Below, piece by piece: positions 17,130 to 27,082 of a stretch of DNA of 64,000 nt. Both the position numbers and the translations under genes were made by a program. Position 1 is the stretch's first letter, and every line of letters begins with the position of its first letter. The notes under the pieces were generated by a model. The model was given only the letters and a program-made list of their open reading frames with translations. It ran no database searches and was not told the origin of the DNA. Source of the DNA: a virus; IMG/VR virus record IMGVR_UViG_3300035698_019437, positions 1-64,000 of that record; one strand, written 5' to 3'.

Positions 17130-17762
17130 ATGATAGTAGTATTCGCTGATATGGAAGAAAAGACATTTAGTATTTATACAGATAAAGGGCGTACGTCAAT
17201 TGGATTTGTACAGGCCGATATACTTAGAAAGATAATAGGATTCGAAGATGTTCTATATGTTACATCAGCAACATATACTACAGCAGAAAATCTTATTCAA
17301 TTAGCCGAATCTGTGTTGGTAGAAAATTTAGGTGGAGATGTTGGACCATATTATATTCACTCAATGAAACCAGGATGTCTCTATTTGTCAGATTTAGATG
17401 TATCTTTCAACGGACCAGAAGATTTCAAGATGTTAGAAGATTTAGGCGTAGAAGATATTAACCAGTCTCCTGTCTTAGCAAAACTACTTAGAGATGGTAA
17501 TATAGAAATAGTTTCAGGAGCTAGAGCCAAAATAATGCAACAGAAGTATGCATCACAGAAGAATGCTTTGGAACAGCATTATGAAGCTGAAAGACAGAGA
17601 AGAAAAAGCGGAGAACAAACCAGAACGTCAGATGGACAGATGGTTTCTTCAGAAGATGGAAGCATATCTGTAGATGCTTTACCAATTGATCTAAACAAAC
17701 GAGGCGGAGGTGCTTCGGCTGAAAACGAAGCAAGGATGTTGCCAGAGGACTTATTGCCGTAA
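17130..17762 (+). CDS. hypothetical protein
   Basis: ATG after GGAG; internal segment resembles the GT N-terminal domain. Confidence 0.75.
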   Translation: MIVVFADMEEKTFSIYTDKGRTSIGFVQADILRKIIGFEDVLYVTSATYTTAENLIQLAESVLVENLGGDVGPYYIHSMKPGCLYLSDLDVSFNGPEDFKMLEDLGVEDINQSPVLAKLLRDGNIEIVSGARAKIMQQKYASQKNALEQHYEAERQRRKSGEQTRTSDGQMVSSEDGSISVDALPIDLNKRGGGASAENEARMLPEDLLP

Positions 17763-18484
17763 TGAATATTTTGATTATACAACTAGGAACAATGGTAGAA
17801 TGCTTGGTATCTACTTGTCTTTTTCGTGGATTGGCAAAGAAGTATGGTGGGTTTGACAATTGCAAAATTTATGCAATAACTGCCAATAAAGAATGCAAAG
17901 TAATATTCGAACATAATCAAAGCATAGAGAAGGTATATAGTCTAGATGAAAACGTAATGCCTTCAGAAATAGATTTAGTTATTAACTTAAGTCCTGGGTT
18001 CAAAGTACATTCTGATGCAGATGTTGTTGGGTTTAGCCCAGATAATAGCAAATACTACGAAGTGTTGTTTGGTAAGCAAAACGTCAACAAGAACATATTT
18101 CAAGTTTATTATGATTTAGCTGGATTAACCTGGAAGGGTGAAGGATATAACTTCAACTATTATCCAAGAACCCGTAGTAACAAAAAGAAAACAGGTCTAA
18201 CTTTAGCAAATGCTAATTTAAGAGATTATGTAGTAGATAGACTGCATCTGGAGGAATCAAAACTGTGGCATGTTCCGTTCAAAAAGAACTTCTTAAAGAA
18301 GGTTGATGAAATCAATAAATGTCAAAATATTATAACAGATAATTTTACAAGTATGCATATTGCTGTGTCTTTAAGAAAGAACGTATATTTCTTGCAGTTG
18401 GCTGAACATCATACAATGGATTTAGAATTTTTTGGAAAGGGAACGTGCATTCAAGTGCCGGTTAATATTTTAAGATGGACATAA
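17762..18484 (+). CDS. GT9 (heptosyltransferase)-like protein, degenerate
   Basis: MNILIIQLG.M.ECLVST, DLVINL, INKCQNIITDNFTSMHIAVSL. Confidence 0.7.
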   Translation: MNILIIQLGTMVECLVSTCLFRGLAKKYGGFDNCKIYAITANKECKVIFEHNQSIEKVYSLDENVMPSEIDLVINLSPGFKVHSDADVVGFSPDNSKYYEVLFGKQNVNKNIFQVYYDLAGLTWKGEGYNFNYYPRTRSNKKKTGLTLANANLRDYVVDRLHLEESKLWHVPFKKNFLKKVDEINKCQNIITDNFTSMHIAVSLRKNVYFLQLAEHHTMDLEFFGKGTCIQVPVNILRWT

Positions 18485-19272
18485 CATCAATTACATTTCC
18501 TAAAAATAGGAAAGCTCCTATAAATACCGTTCCTCATGCTCCTTGTTTTTATACTCCATTCAATTTTGGTGTAGATGAAGATTTATATGCCTTGGGAGGT
18601 AAAAATGTTAAGGTCGCTGTAGTTGGGACTGGTTCTCCTGTACATAAAGATTTGTCAGATTCCACTGTATCTGAAGTAGCTGTTGGAGGTATAGACGGTG
18701 ACGATATCCACGGATACTCAACAATGATTTCTGGGATACTTTGTGGTCATGGAGAAATTTTAGGCATGGTCCCAGATATAGAGCTTTTGTCTATACGAGC
18801 AGTAGACAATTCTGGTAAAACGGATTACAAGATGCTTACAGCTTCTGTCCTTCTTGCTACGGTAAAAAGAGCAGATGTTGTTATACTACCTCCTATTTCA
18901 GATCACATGAATGAGACTTTGAAAAATGCTATCGATAAAGCATACAAGATGAACATCATTATGCTTTCTTGCGTTGAAAATAAAATGTCAGATTTTTGTG
19001 ATAGTAATCCAGAAGTATTTTTCTTAAAGCCACCATACAAACGTAAAAAGGTTTTTTATAATATAAAAAGATCAGATAACAGGGTTGATCTTAAAACGCT
19101 TAGTAGAAATGCATATACTACATTTTTGAACAACCAGTATATAGCTCCACCATCTTGTATAGAAGCTATGGGCGTGCTTGCTGGTGTAATATCTATATAC
19201 TTGCCAGAAATACAGCAAAAGAAGTATACACCCTATGATGCTTTAGATTATATTATAAAGCATTCAAAATAG
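18475..19272 (+). CDS. subtilisin (S8)-like protein lacking the catalytic triad
   Basis: GKNVKVAVVGTG, DIHGYSTMISG, GMVPDIELLSIRAVD, no GTSMA. Confidence 0.72.
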   Translation: MDITSITFPKNRKAPINTVPHAPCFYTPFNFGVDEDLYALGGKNVKVAVVGTGSPVHKDLSDSTVSEVAVGGIDGDDIHGYSTMISGILCGHGEILGMVPDIELLSIRAVDNSGKTDYKMLTASVLLATVKRADVVILPPISDHMNETLKNAIDKAYKMNIIMLSCVENKMSDFCDSNPEVFFLKPPYKRKKVFYNIKRSDNRVDLKTLSRNAYTTFLNNQYIAPPSCIEAMGVLAGVISIYLPEIQQKKYTPYDALDYIIKHSK

Positions 19273-19344
19273 AGGGATTTTTAATCGATCATAGAAAATA
19301 GATACAGCACTATCGCTGTACTAAATAACTTCAAGGAGAAGATA

Positions 19345-19539
19345 ATGTCCACAGAAAATGAAACCCCCAAAGAAGACGTAAAGAAGAATGAAAATACTGA
19401 AGCAATTCAACTGCTTAAGGCTGAAGTTTATGATATTTTGAAAAAGATGGATTTGCATAAAATGGCTGTGCAACAGCTTGAACAAGCAAAGAACGAAAAA
19501 GTTAAAGAGATTCAAGAGTTGGAGAATTCAGGAGCTTAA
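19345..19539 (+). CDS. small coiled-coil protein
   Basis: AAGGAG RBS; heptad-like. Confidence 0.7.
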   Translation: MSTENETPKEDVKKNENTEAIQLLKAEVYDILKKMDLHKMAVQQLEQAKNEKVKEIQELENSGA

Positions 19540-19547
19540 TTTAGCAA

Positions 19548-21758
19548 ATGCCCAACATATTAGCCATATTTGATACGCTTACATCTTTAAGCGATACTAC
19601 GATTGTAGGTCTTGCAGATGGTGATACTTTACAGTATGATTTTGCTACCAGTAAATGGAAGAATATCCCAGTTGGCGGAGGAGCCGGTGTTCTTTGGCAA
19701 AGAGACATTCCGACGACTACTCTTTCCCCTTTTTTTGCTGGCGATAACATTCTCACAACTGGTAACGTTACTATTGACTCTGATACTGCTGGTTTAGTCC
19801 TTGGCGAAAGTCAATACACTCTCTTGTCGTCTAGCGGAGCAGGTATGTTGCAGTTCTCTACTGCATATGCTGACACAGATATAACATTATTGTTTATAGG
19901 TACTACCAACTCAGGTCAGTTTAGTTGGCTTGAAGATGAAGATAGGTTTGAATTTGCAGATGCTGTAAAAGCATTAAGTCTCTACTCAGCAGCTACTATA
20001 ACTTCAGAAGCTGAGATGTGGGTAAAATCTGATTTACTTGGTATAAATTTTGGTGCTTCACAAGATGCAACTATTTACTTCGATGGCTCAGACCTGATTA
20101 TCAATAATAATGGCATAACTGCTAATGTTGAGTTGGTTGTTTCAAACTTTACTGGTGTTGATTTTTGGAATTCATGGCTTAAAACTACTGGTAATGTAAC
20201 TATAGATTCAAATGCTAACGGTTTAGTCCTTGGCGATGGACAAGAAGTGTCTATGCTGTATAACGGCACGGACACCGTTATTACTCCGCCCGCCACTTCA
20301 AGTTTAGAGTATGCTACTGCTACCGCTGGTGAAGGCATCATTTCTGGTGTTGCGTTTGTTGGCCGGTATGTTTCTGCTGCTGCAAATGCTGTGTTTAGCC
20401 ATACTGCCATGCAAGCCGATGCAACTGGCTACTCTGTAATGCAGTCTACTGCTGGTAGGACATATCTTAATTCAGAAGCAGGACAAACCACTGCATTCCA
20501 AATTGGCGCTTCTATTGAAGCAACAATGTCAAGTACTACATTTGACTTTACAAATTTAGACCTAACTACTTCAGGCGACGTTACCATAGACTCAGATGTT
20601 AGCGGTTTAATTCTTGGCGAAAGCCAAGACTCAACTATATACTTCGATAACACAGACCTGAATATTGCTGGTGAAGCAACGCATGATGTTGCATTGTTCA
20701 AAGACGCAGACGTTGGTGTAGGTGTAGATGGTCATAGCTTATATATACACAGAAAAGGTACTGATCCTGGAGATGACTATTGCAGGATATTTGTTGGACA
20801 TACTTCTGGCTATACTCAGATACGTGGTAGCGACAATATTCAATTTTGGCCTGATAATACGTATGTAGGCCAATGGTATTCTAATGGCTTCATTATGACC
20901 GACGAGAAGGCTTTCCAGTTTGGTGGAAGTACAGATGTGTCTATACACTGGGAGTCTTCAGGAGCTATAGATTATCTATCTATTGCAACACATGTTAATG
21001 CTGCTTTACAGAGTGGGTATATATCTATTCTTGAAGATGGAGACCGTGGCATAGCAAACAGAGTGCCAGCAGGTGTATCTCTTAACCCAGTGTTAAGGAT
21101 ATATAGTTCTGATGGAACATCTGCTGTTTCATATATGGAATCTTTTCACGATCAGACGGATGCAAATATAACAGTTGGCTTAGGCGATCTTCAGATAAAT
21201 TGTCCAACAGATAAAACTCTTGAACTTACCGAAACTGTTTATAAAGATATTAACATGGGTGCTGCGCAGTTGTCAAGACCTGCTTCGTCTCAACCTGATA
21301 TAGATGAATTTGTAGATGAAGTTGGTGCAGACACTGGAATAGAGACATATGCATTTGCTCCTAGCGAAAAAGTATCCGGCAGTTTTGAGATGCAACACGA
21401 TTATAAGGAAGGAACAGATATCGTTTTTCATGTTCATTTCCAGATTATTGCTGCGCCGGGAGGTGGAACAGACAACGTAAAATGGCAACTTATATATACT
21501 TTTGGCAAAAATGGGGATACGCTTGATGCAGTAACTACAATTGTTATCGAAGATGCTGTAACTACTCAATACGCATTTTATCAATTTAATTTTCCAACTA
21601 TTTCCGATGCCACAATTGATATAGGAGACCAGTTCTTGTTTCAGTTATCAAGAGTAGCTGCAAGTACTGACGAATTTGCTGGAGATTGCTTGATAGCTAC
21701 TGCTGGAATCCACTATCAATGCAATACTATCGGTTCAAGACAAATAGGAACAAAATAA
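19548..21758 (+). CDS. tail fibre-like protein
   Basis: DGDTLQYD..KWKN; repeats of TTGNVTIDS..GLVLG.SQ; C-terminal beta domain (MQHDYKEGT..HVH..GIHYQ). Confidence 0.72.
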   Translation: MPNILAIFDTLTSLSDTTIVGLADGDTLQYDFATSKWKNIPVGGGAGVLWQRDIPTTTLSPFFAGDNILTTGNVTIDSDTAGLVLGESQYTLLSSSGAGMLQFSTAYADTDITLLFIGTTNSGQFSWLEDEDRFEFADAVKALSLYSAATITSEAEMWVKSDLLGINFGASQDATIYFDGSDLIINNNGITANVELVVSNFTGVDFWNSWLKTTGNVTIDSNANGLVLGDGQEVSMLYNGTDTVITPPATSSLEYATATAGEGIISGVAFVGRYVSAAANAVFSHTAMQADATGYSVMQSTAGRTYLNSEAGQTTAFQIGASIEATMSSTTFDFTNLDLTTSGDVTIDSDVSGLILGESQDSTIYFDNTDLNIAGEATHDVALFKDADVGVGVDGHSLYIHRKGTDPGDDYCRIFVGHTSGYTQIRGSDNIQFWPDNTYVGQWYSNGFIMTDEKAFQFGGSTDVSIHWESSGAIDYLSIATHVNAALQSGYISILEDGDRGIANRVPAGVSLNPVLRIYSSDGTSAVSYMESFHDQTDANITVGLGDLQINCPTDKTLELTETVYKDINMGAAQLSRPASSQPDIDEFVDEVGADTGIETYAFAPSEKVSGSFEMQHDYKEGTDIVFHVHFQIIAAPGGGTDNVKWQLIYTFGKNGDTLDAVTTIVIEDAVTTQYAFYQFNFPTISDATIDIGDQFLFQLSRVAASTDEFAGDCLIATAGIHYQCNTIGSRQIGTK

Positions 21759-21770
21759 AGGAATAACTCA

Positions 21771-22019
21771 ATGGAATTAACATTTACAATACCTGATAAT
21801 CAAGTATCTCGTCTAGTCGAAGCCATCAATGGGATATACGATATTCCAAAAACAATGGACCCCTATACCCAAGAGTGGGTACCCGATTATACACCTGGCA
21901 CGTGGGCTAAAGAAAGAGTTAGACAATTTATGATTGATACTATTAGACGATACGAGAGGAAGGTAGCTATGGATACGGCTAGAGATACCGTATCTGTTAA
22001 TGATAATTTGGTGATATAA
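21771..22019 (+). CDS. tail fibre-associated small protein
   Basis: Follows the fibre gene, AAGGA RBS. Confidence 0.65.
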   Translation: MELTFTIPDNQVSRLVEAINGIYDIPKTMDPYTQEWVPDYTPGTWAKERVRQFMIDTIRRYERKVAMDTARDTVSVNDNLVI

Positions 22020-22369
22020 TGGCATATACTTTAAACTTTACAATTGGACTTGGATCAGCACAAACTGGTCTTACGCTACGCGCTCAGCTACTAGACAATG
22101 TAGGTGCTGATAGCGGCGCTGAGATTACTACAGGTTTTGTTGAGCTAGGTGATGGTTATTACTTATGGCATTACGAAGCATTTACAGATGATTTTCGTGG
22201 TGGCGTTAAGTTTTATGAAAATGGAGTTCCCGGTACAGTATTAGCTGTATCGTCTATTAACCCAGAAGAAGCAGAAAATCTAGACGAGAAGGTATCGGAT
22301 ATCATTGCTGAATTAGATGGAAAAGTTATCATCAGCGTCAATGATTTAAGAAGAATAATTTTTGGATAG
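22019..22369 (+). CDS. putative virion protein
   Basis: GFVELGDGYYLW, Ig-like pattern. Confidence 0.65.
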   Translation: MAYTLNFTIGLGSAQTGLTLRAQLLDNVGADSGAEITTGFVELGDGYYLWHYEAFTDDFRGGVKFYENGVPGTVLAVSSINPEEAENLDEKVSDIIAELDGKVIISVNDLRRIIFG

Positions 22370-22518
22370 AATTCTTAATTTTAGTTTCTTCTCTGAAACT
22401 TTATATAAATATTTTTTCATATAGATAGTATCGGTCTAGCCATAATATAGAGGAAACTTTATCAGAAACGTTGAAACTAGTATAAATACAGTAAATGTAT
22501 CTAAGTAGGAGTCTATAA

Positions 22519-22848
22519 ATGGGAGTAAAAAGTAAACCAACAAGATATGTTCCAGTTCTACTCGCCGCCGCGTCAACAAATGGCTGGACATCTGACGACG
22601 TTGAAGCATTATCTTATGGTGCAACTGCATCTGCATGTAAAGTGACTGTTAGCGAAGGAAGAACCCCAGATGACTTCTTCTATGGGGACATAAAAATCCA
22701 TGCCGTTAATAAACTTCGCCAAGCGGAAGAAGAAACTGCTCTAGCTATAAAAATTGCAGAATTTGAGACAAAACTCAAGACTTCAACACTAGGAACAAAT
22801 GCAGTAGTCACTAGGGACGGGACTGGTTTTAGAATAGAGGGCGTGTAA
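22519..22848 (+). CDS. hypothetical protein
   Basis: AGGAG RBS; 109 aa. Confidence 0.75.
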   Translation: MGVKSKPTRYVPVLLAAASTNGWTSDDVEALSYGATASACKVTVSEGRTPDDFFYGDIKIHAVNKLRQAEEETALAIKIAEFETKLKTSTLGTNAVVTRDGTGFRIEGV

Positions 22849-24207
22849 ATGGCAACCTATACAGAATTCTTTGTTTGGAACGATACAGATTATGCTGATG
22901 CTAGTGACGCCAATGGTGGTGGTCCATTGTCTGCTATTACTGCTACTGGTGGACCGCATTATGTCATCGCCGCTGGTGCAGGAACCGGATGTGACTCTGA
23001 TGGTGCTGGCACAACACTAACCGATGATTCTGGCAATAACTGGCTAGGTGTATTAGTCGATGATTGGCTCTGTTTTGACCCGACTGGAACTGCCAATCTT
23101 ACGCGAGCTACTTCGGCAGGTGGTGGAGCAACGATTACTGTTAGTCCTGCTGTGGCTCTTGGGGCTTCTGACAAGGCATGCAATGTCGGTGGAGCTTGGG
23201 CTTTACCACAAAAAGCTGCTACCGTTATGACAACAAGCTTTGTTAATTCTGCTAGTAGTGTTCCTCGTTGCAATATACGAAATAGTACAACAGCATTTGC
23301 TGGTGCTGGCGAGGGCGAAGTTGACATGGCGAACAGCGGAACACTACCTATTCCACTGACCTTCCAGGGCTATACCACTACCGCAGGCGACGGCGGCATG
23401 GCTGAGATCGACGGGGATGGGCTGAGTAACCACAGCGGGACGTGGGATACGAACAATCAAGAACACTGGGTCGTCAAAGACTTGTATATTCACGGGGATC
23501 AGGCCGGTGTTGAGGGCATCTACGCACTGAATGGACACCACAGCAGGATTGAGAGATGCAAGGTCAAGGTCACTGGCGCGGGTTCTGATGCTATTTACGC
23601 CGCGAACAGCAGCGGCATGTGGATTCATGGATGCTGGGTAACGGATGCTAGTGATGATGGGATAGTTGGGGGTTATTACGGGGCCGTGACTCATAATTTC
23701 GTTGAGAGTGCTGGTGGGAATGGCATTGAAATCGTGTCCCCATCTCGCGTGTCTGTTCGGCACAACATTATTAACGGTGCTGGTGCTTACGGGATATGGA
23801 TAGCGAATGACTACATGGACGTTTCGTATAACTACGTCTACAACACGACCGATTCCGGCATCTACTTCGATGACCTTGATGGTGAATATCAGGGGGCTTG
23901 CGAAGGCAACATCCTCGACAACTGCGGCTCAACCAGCTCGCACTGGGGCATTGAGGCTGAGGACGCAGACAAGTATCTGAAGATGGTTACAAACAACGCT
24001 TTTTGGAACTGTGGAGGCGATGGTGGTGGGTCTTCGCAACAAACTCGTAATGTTTTAGAGGCATTATATTCTGTCACTTTATCGGCCTCTCCTGCAATGG
24101 ATGCCCTCAACGGCGATTTCCGTCTCAACGATATTGCTGGTGCTGGTCTATCTTGTCAGAATTCAGGATTCCCATCAGATGCAAGTCAGGCTATTTGGTC
24201 TGGATAA
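22849..24207 (+). CDS. right-handed parallel beta-helix (pectin lyase-like) receptor-binding/depolymerase protein
   Basis: PLTFQGYTTTAGDGG; repeated GI.. and N-ladder motifs; NNAFWNC; GDFRLN. Confidence 0.78.
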   Translation: MATYTEFFVWNDTDYADASDANGGGPLSAITATGGPHYVIAAGAGTGCDSDGAGTTLTDDSGNNWLGVLVDDWLCFDPTGTANLTRATSAGGGATITVSPAVALGASDKACNVGGAWALPQKAATVMTTSFVNSASSVPRCNIRNSTTAFAGAGEGEVDMANSGTLPIPLTFQGYTTTAGDGGMAEIDGDGLSNHSGTWDTNNQEHWVVKDLYIHGDQAGVEGIYALNGHHSRIERCKVKVTGAGSDAIYAANSSGMWIHGCWVTDASDDGIVGGYYGAVTHNFVESAGGNGIEIVSPSRVSVRHNIINGAGAYGIWIANDYMDVSYNYVYNTTDSGIYFDDLDGEYQGACEGNILDNCGSTSSHWGIEAEDADKYLKMVTNNAFWNCGGDGGGSSQQTRNVLEALYSVTLSASPAMDALNGDFRLNDIAGAGLSCQNSGFPSDASQAIWSG

Positions 24208-24223
24208 TAAAGGAATATGAAAT

Positions 24224-24709
24224 ATGGCTAATATCAAACGAGGTAATTGGAGTTTTAAAGACCCTGGAGATGATGTTCCCAGTAACTCTACTATATATGG
24301 CGGCAACTTCTCTCAATTGACTCCAAGTACAGAAATTCTTAAAGGAAAAACACTTACAATTCATGGCGGAAACTTTACAAATGTAAAGATTCAACCTGAA
24401 TGGACTGTAATTGGCGGAAACTTCTGCCAAGTATCACGTTGCTCCCATGAGCATCCTGAGTGGGTGGCCAGAGGTCTTCCAGAATGTGCAGAAGATTGCA
24501 TACACAGGGTTGGAGCAGAAAAGCAATGGGTTAATGTTGAAGAACAAGAATATCGAGAAGAGAAGAATAGCCTATCTGCTGAAAAAGCTGTGGTTAAGGT
24601 AATTAATTCTACTGATGCCGACAACATCATAACTCAAAAATTGCAGAAAGAGGTTTATGTCTATCAAGATTGCGAACCTCCTAAAGAGCAACCCAAGGAG
24701 ATTAAATAA
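24224..24709 (+). CDS. small protein with GGNF repeats and Cys/His cluster
   Basis: GGNFSQ, GGNFTN, GGNFCQ; CSHEHP..CAEDCIH. Confidence 0.72.
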   Translation: MANIKRGNWSFKDPGDDVPSNSTIYGGNFSQLTPSTEILKGKTLTIHGGNFTNVKIQPEWTVIGGNFCQVSRCSHEHPEWVARGLPECAEDCIHRVGAEKQWVNVEEQEYREEKNSLSAEKAVVKVINSTDADNIITQKLQKEVYVYQDCEPPKEQPKEIK

Positions 24710-26067
24710 TGGCCGGTCAATATTATATAGACCCTAGTGCAGATTTTGTAGCCGGTAGAGACGGGACAGACCATGCCGGTGAAGAACTAACCGGCCCCGG
24801 TGGACTGCAAATCGCCATTCTAGGTGGTGGTGGCGCAGCAGGAGAGTTCAAAGCAGGAGGGTTAGTTGCCGGTGATACCCTTTATGTGAAAGCATCAATT
24901 TGTGTCTTGGATACTCTTGTTGTCATTAATATGAATGCTACAGACGGCTCTGCTTGGGAAATAGGTGATGTTGTACGAGACAATGGTGGTGGGGCAGTTA
25001 TTTGGCAAGGTAAAGTTGTACAAGAACGAGATAATGTTGCTACAGGGTTAACTACAGACCAGCACATATTAGTCCAACTCGACAGTGGTTATGATTATAC
25101 GATTGTTAATGCTAACTTAGCGAACGGTGTTAATAATACAGCTAAAGCCGAAACAGATGCGACGATTGATGATGTCGATACACCTAATGTCCGTATAGAT
25201 TATGGTAATGATGGTTCGGCTGCGGCTGGATTTATATCACTTACTGGTGTAAAATCTGACTGGTCTATTGCCAGTCCAGACGCAGGTAATTCAACTGACT
25301 ACCAATCAATTTTAGACGGCACCGGGTGTGTTAATAATGTCCACATCATGACGATGAGCGGGAATGGCTACTGGAAGCTTGAGAACCTTACTCTACAGAA
25401 CGCGCAGGGTAGTGGCAATGGACTAAACGCCTCTGCAACGGCTTGCACCCTGTGCCATATCAAGCACTGCAAATTCGACAGCAACGGAAATTATGGCGTC
25501 TACGCGTACCGCCTTACTGATGCCATGTTTGAGTCCTGCATCTTTTCCTCTAATGGCGGTGATGGCATTTTCTGGCCCTACTCAGCCCTCTTGTGGGCAT
25601 GCGTGTTTGCCGACAATACAGACAATGGTGTCGAGTGCTTCATTGACACGACCATATCTAAGTGCCTGTTTTACGGAAACGACGATAACCTGTTCTCGAC
25701 TTACGGGTGTATGAAAATCCTCGATTGTGTTTTTGACGACCCAGACGTTGACAACATCGACATTGCGGCTGGCGAGGTTGCCAACTACATCTTCGGATGC
25801 CGTCTGGTCAATGGGGCTGGGTATGGAATCCAACACGCCAGCGCACAAGTCAACCCATCCACCATCGAGAACTGGAATGTCTTCTTCGGCAACGCGACTT
25901 CCGACTTGTCAAACGTAGTAAGCGGAACGCGGTCTTACGGCGACGGGACGAACCACATCTCCGACCCGACAACAGATGGAATGTATGATTCAGCAAATGG
26001 AAATTATAATATAAAACGAGGTACAGAACACCATAGCACAAAATTAGTCCTTAACTGGGACAAATAA
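24709..26067 (+). CDS. parallel beta-helix receptor-binding/depolymerase protein
   Basis: YYIDP, AGDTLYVK, CxF..N...GV repeats. Confidence 0.78.
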   Translation: MAGQYYIDPSADFVAGRDGTDHAGEELTGPGGLQIAILGGGGAAGEFKAGGLVAGDTLYVKASICVLDTLVVINMNATDGSAWEIGDVVRDNGGGAVIWQGKVVQERDNVATGLTTDQHILVQLDSGYDYTIVNANLANGVNNTAKAETDATIDDVDTPNVRIDYGNDGSAAAGFISLTGVKSDWSIASPDAGNSTDYQSILDGTGCVNNVHIMTMSGNGYWKLENLTLQNAQGSGNGLNASATACTLCHIKHCKFDSNGNYGVYAYRLTDAMFESCIFSSNGGDGIFWPYSALLWACVFADNTDNGVECFIDTTISKCLFYGNDDNLFSTYGCMKILDCVFDDPDVDNIDIAAGEVANYIFGCRLVNGAGYGIQHASAQVNPSTIENWNVFFGNATSDLSNVVSGTRSYGDGTNHISDPTTDGMYDSANGNYNIKRGTEHHSTKLVLNWDK

Positions 26068-26079
26068 GGAGAAACATAA

Positions 26080-26451
26080 ATGTCAGATATACATGTACTT
26101 GAAGGAAACGACAATGGAGAATTCCAAGTCGTATTCCATATTACTATTCCCGATGCCACAAATTCTGTTGGAATAAATTACCGTACCGCACTCGTCAATA
26201 GCGGCTTAGGCGGAACCACTTCACTGGTAGAAGGCACCGCCCCAGGTCAAATTGCAGCAGCAGAAAAGTTACAAGTTGAAGCCGGAGAAATCTACGAGTG
26301 GACTTCTAATTTCACAGTAGAAGGCAATGGAACAACTTCTATTGTAGCCAGAGACCTACTAAGAGCAAAATATACAAGAGAAGCAGCTATAGCAATATCA
26401 AAGCTTCAGAATCAACTGAAGTACTTCGGCTACACCGAATCGGAGAACTAA
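26080..26451 (+). CDS. virion-associated protein
   Basis: VFHITIPD..NSVGINYRTAL; AGGAG RBS. Confidence 0.72.
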   Translation: MSDIHVLEGNDNGEFQVVFHITIPDATNSVGINYRTALVNSGLGGTTSLVEGTAPGQIAAAEKLQVEAGEIYEWTSNFTVEGNGTTSIVARDLLRAKYTREAAIAISKLQNQLKYFGYTESEN

Positions 26452-26452
26452 T

Positions 26453-27070
26453 ATGGCAAGTTATACACAATCAGACCACACATTTATAGCCCATGCCCAC
26501 TACACCAATGCTACCAACTACGTTGTTGTAGGAGCATCAGACGACGTAAGAACCTATCTATCAGGGACAATCTATATAGACCATGCCCCCATTGAAGATG
26601 CAACAGCCAATGACCCTGGTATCGAGTACAGAGTTCAAGTCAACCATGACGACTCTGGTGGCGATGAATACTGGCGAACCATTATCACTGTTACCGCCGA
26701 CACCGCTGCATCAACCATGGAAACATTGGACGCAGGGGCGGCGGGTGCGCAGAAAGTAGTTCCAACTGTTGCGACGGGTGATGTGACTCGCGGCGATTGG
26801 GTCTACATCATGGATGATGGTGGTGCTGCCGGTAGCGAATGGGCACAGGTTGCAGATATTGATGCGGCGGTCAGCTTTACTACTGTTGATAATCTAACTA
26901 ATACGTTTACAAGTGGCGAAGATGTATTCATTGATGGAGTTGCACGTTGGGTTATGAACGTAGACCTGTCTGGAATCGCACATCTTAGAGTCATCTGCTT
27001 CAACAGTGATGAATCCGGCTGCAACTGGGCAACCGCCGCATATGCCAAATACGCAGTAAGTATAGGATAA
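26453..27070 (+). CDS. putative virion protein
   Basis: Beta-rich, 205 aa. Confidence 0.72.
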   Translation: MASYTQSDHTFIAHAHYTNATNYVVVGASDDVRTYLSGTIYIDHAPIEDATANDPGIEYRVQVNHDDSGGDEYWRTIITVTADTAASTMETLDAGAAGAQKVVPTVATGDVTRGDWVYIMDDGGAAGSEWAQVADIDAAVSFTTVDNLTNTFTSGEDVFIDGVARWVMNVDLSGIAHLRVICFNSDESGCNWATAAYAKYAVSIG

Positions 27071-27082
27071 GAGTATTAGTAA

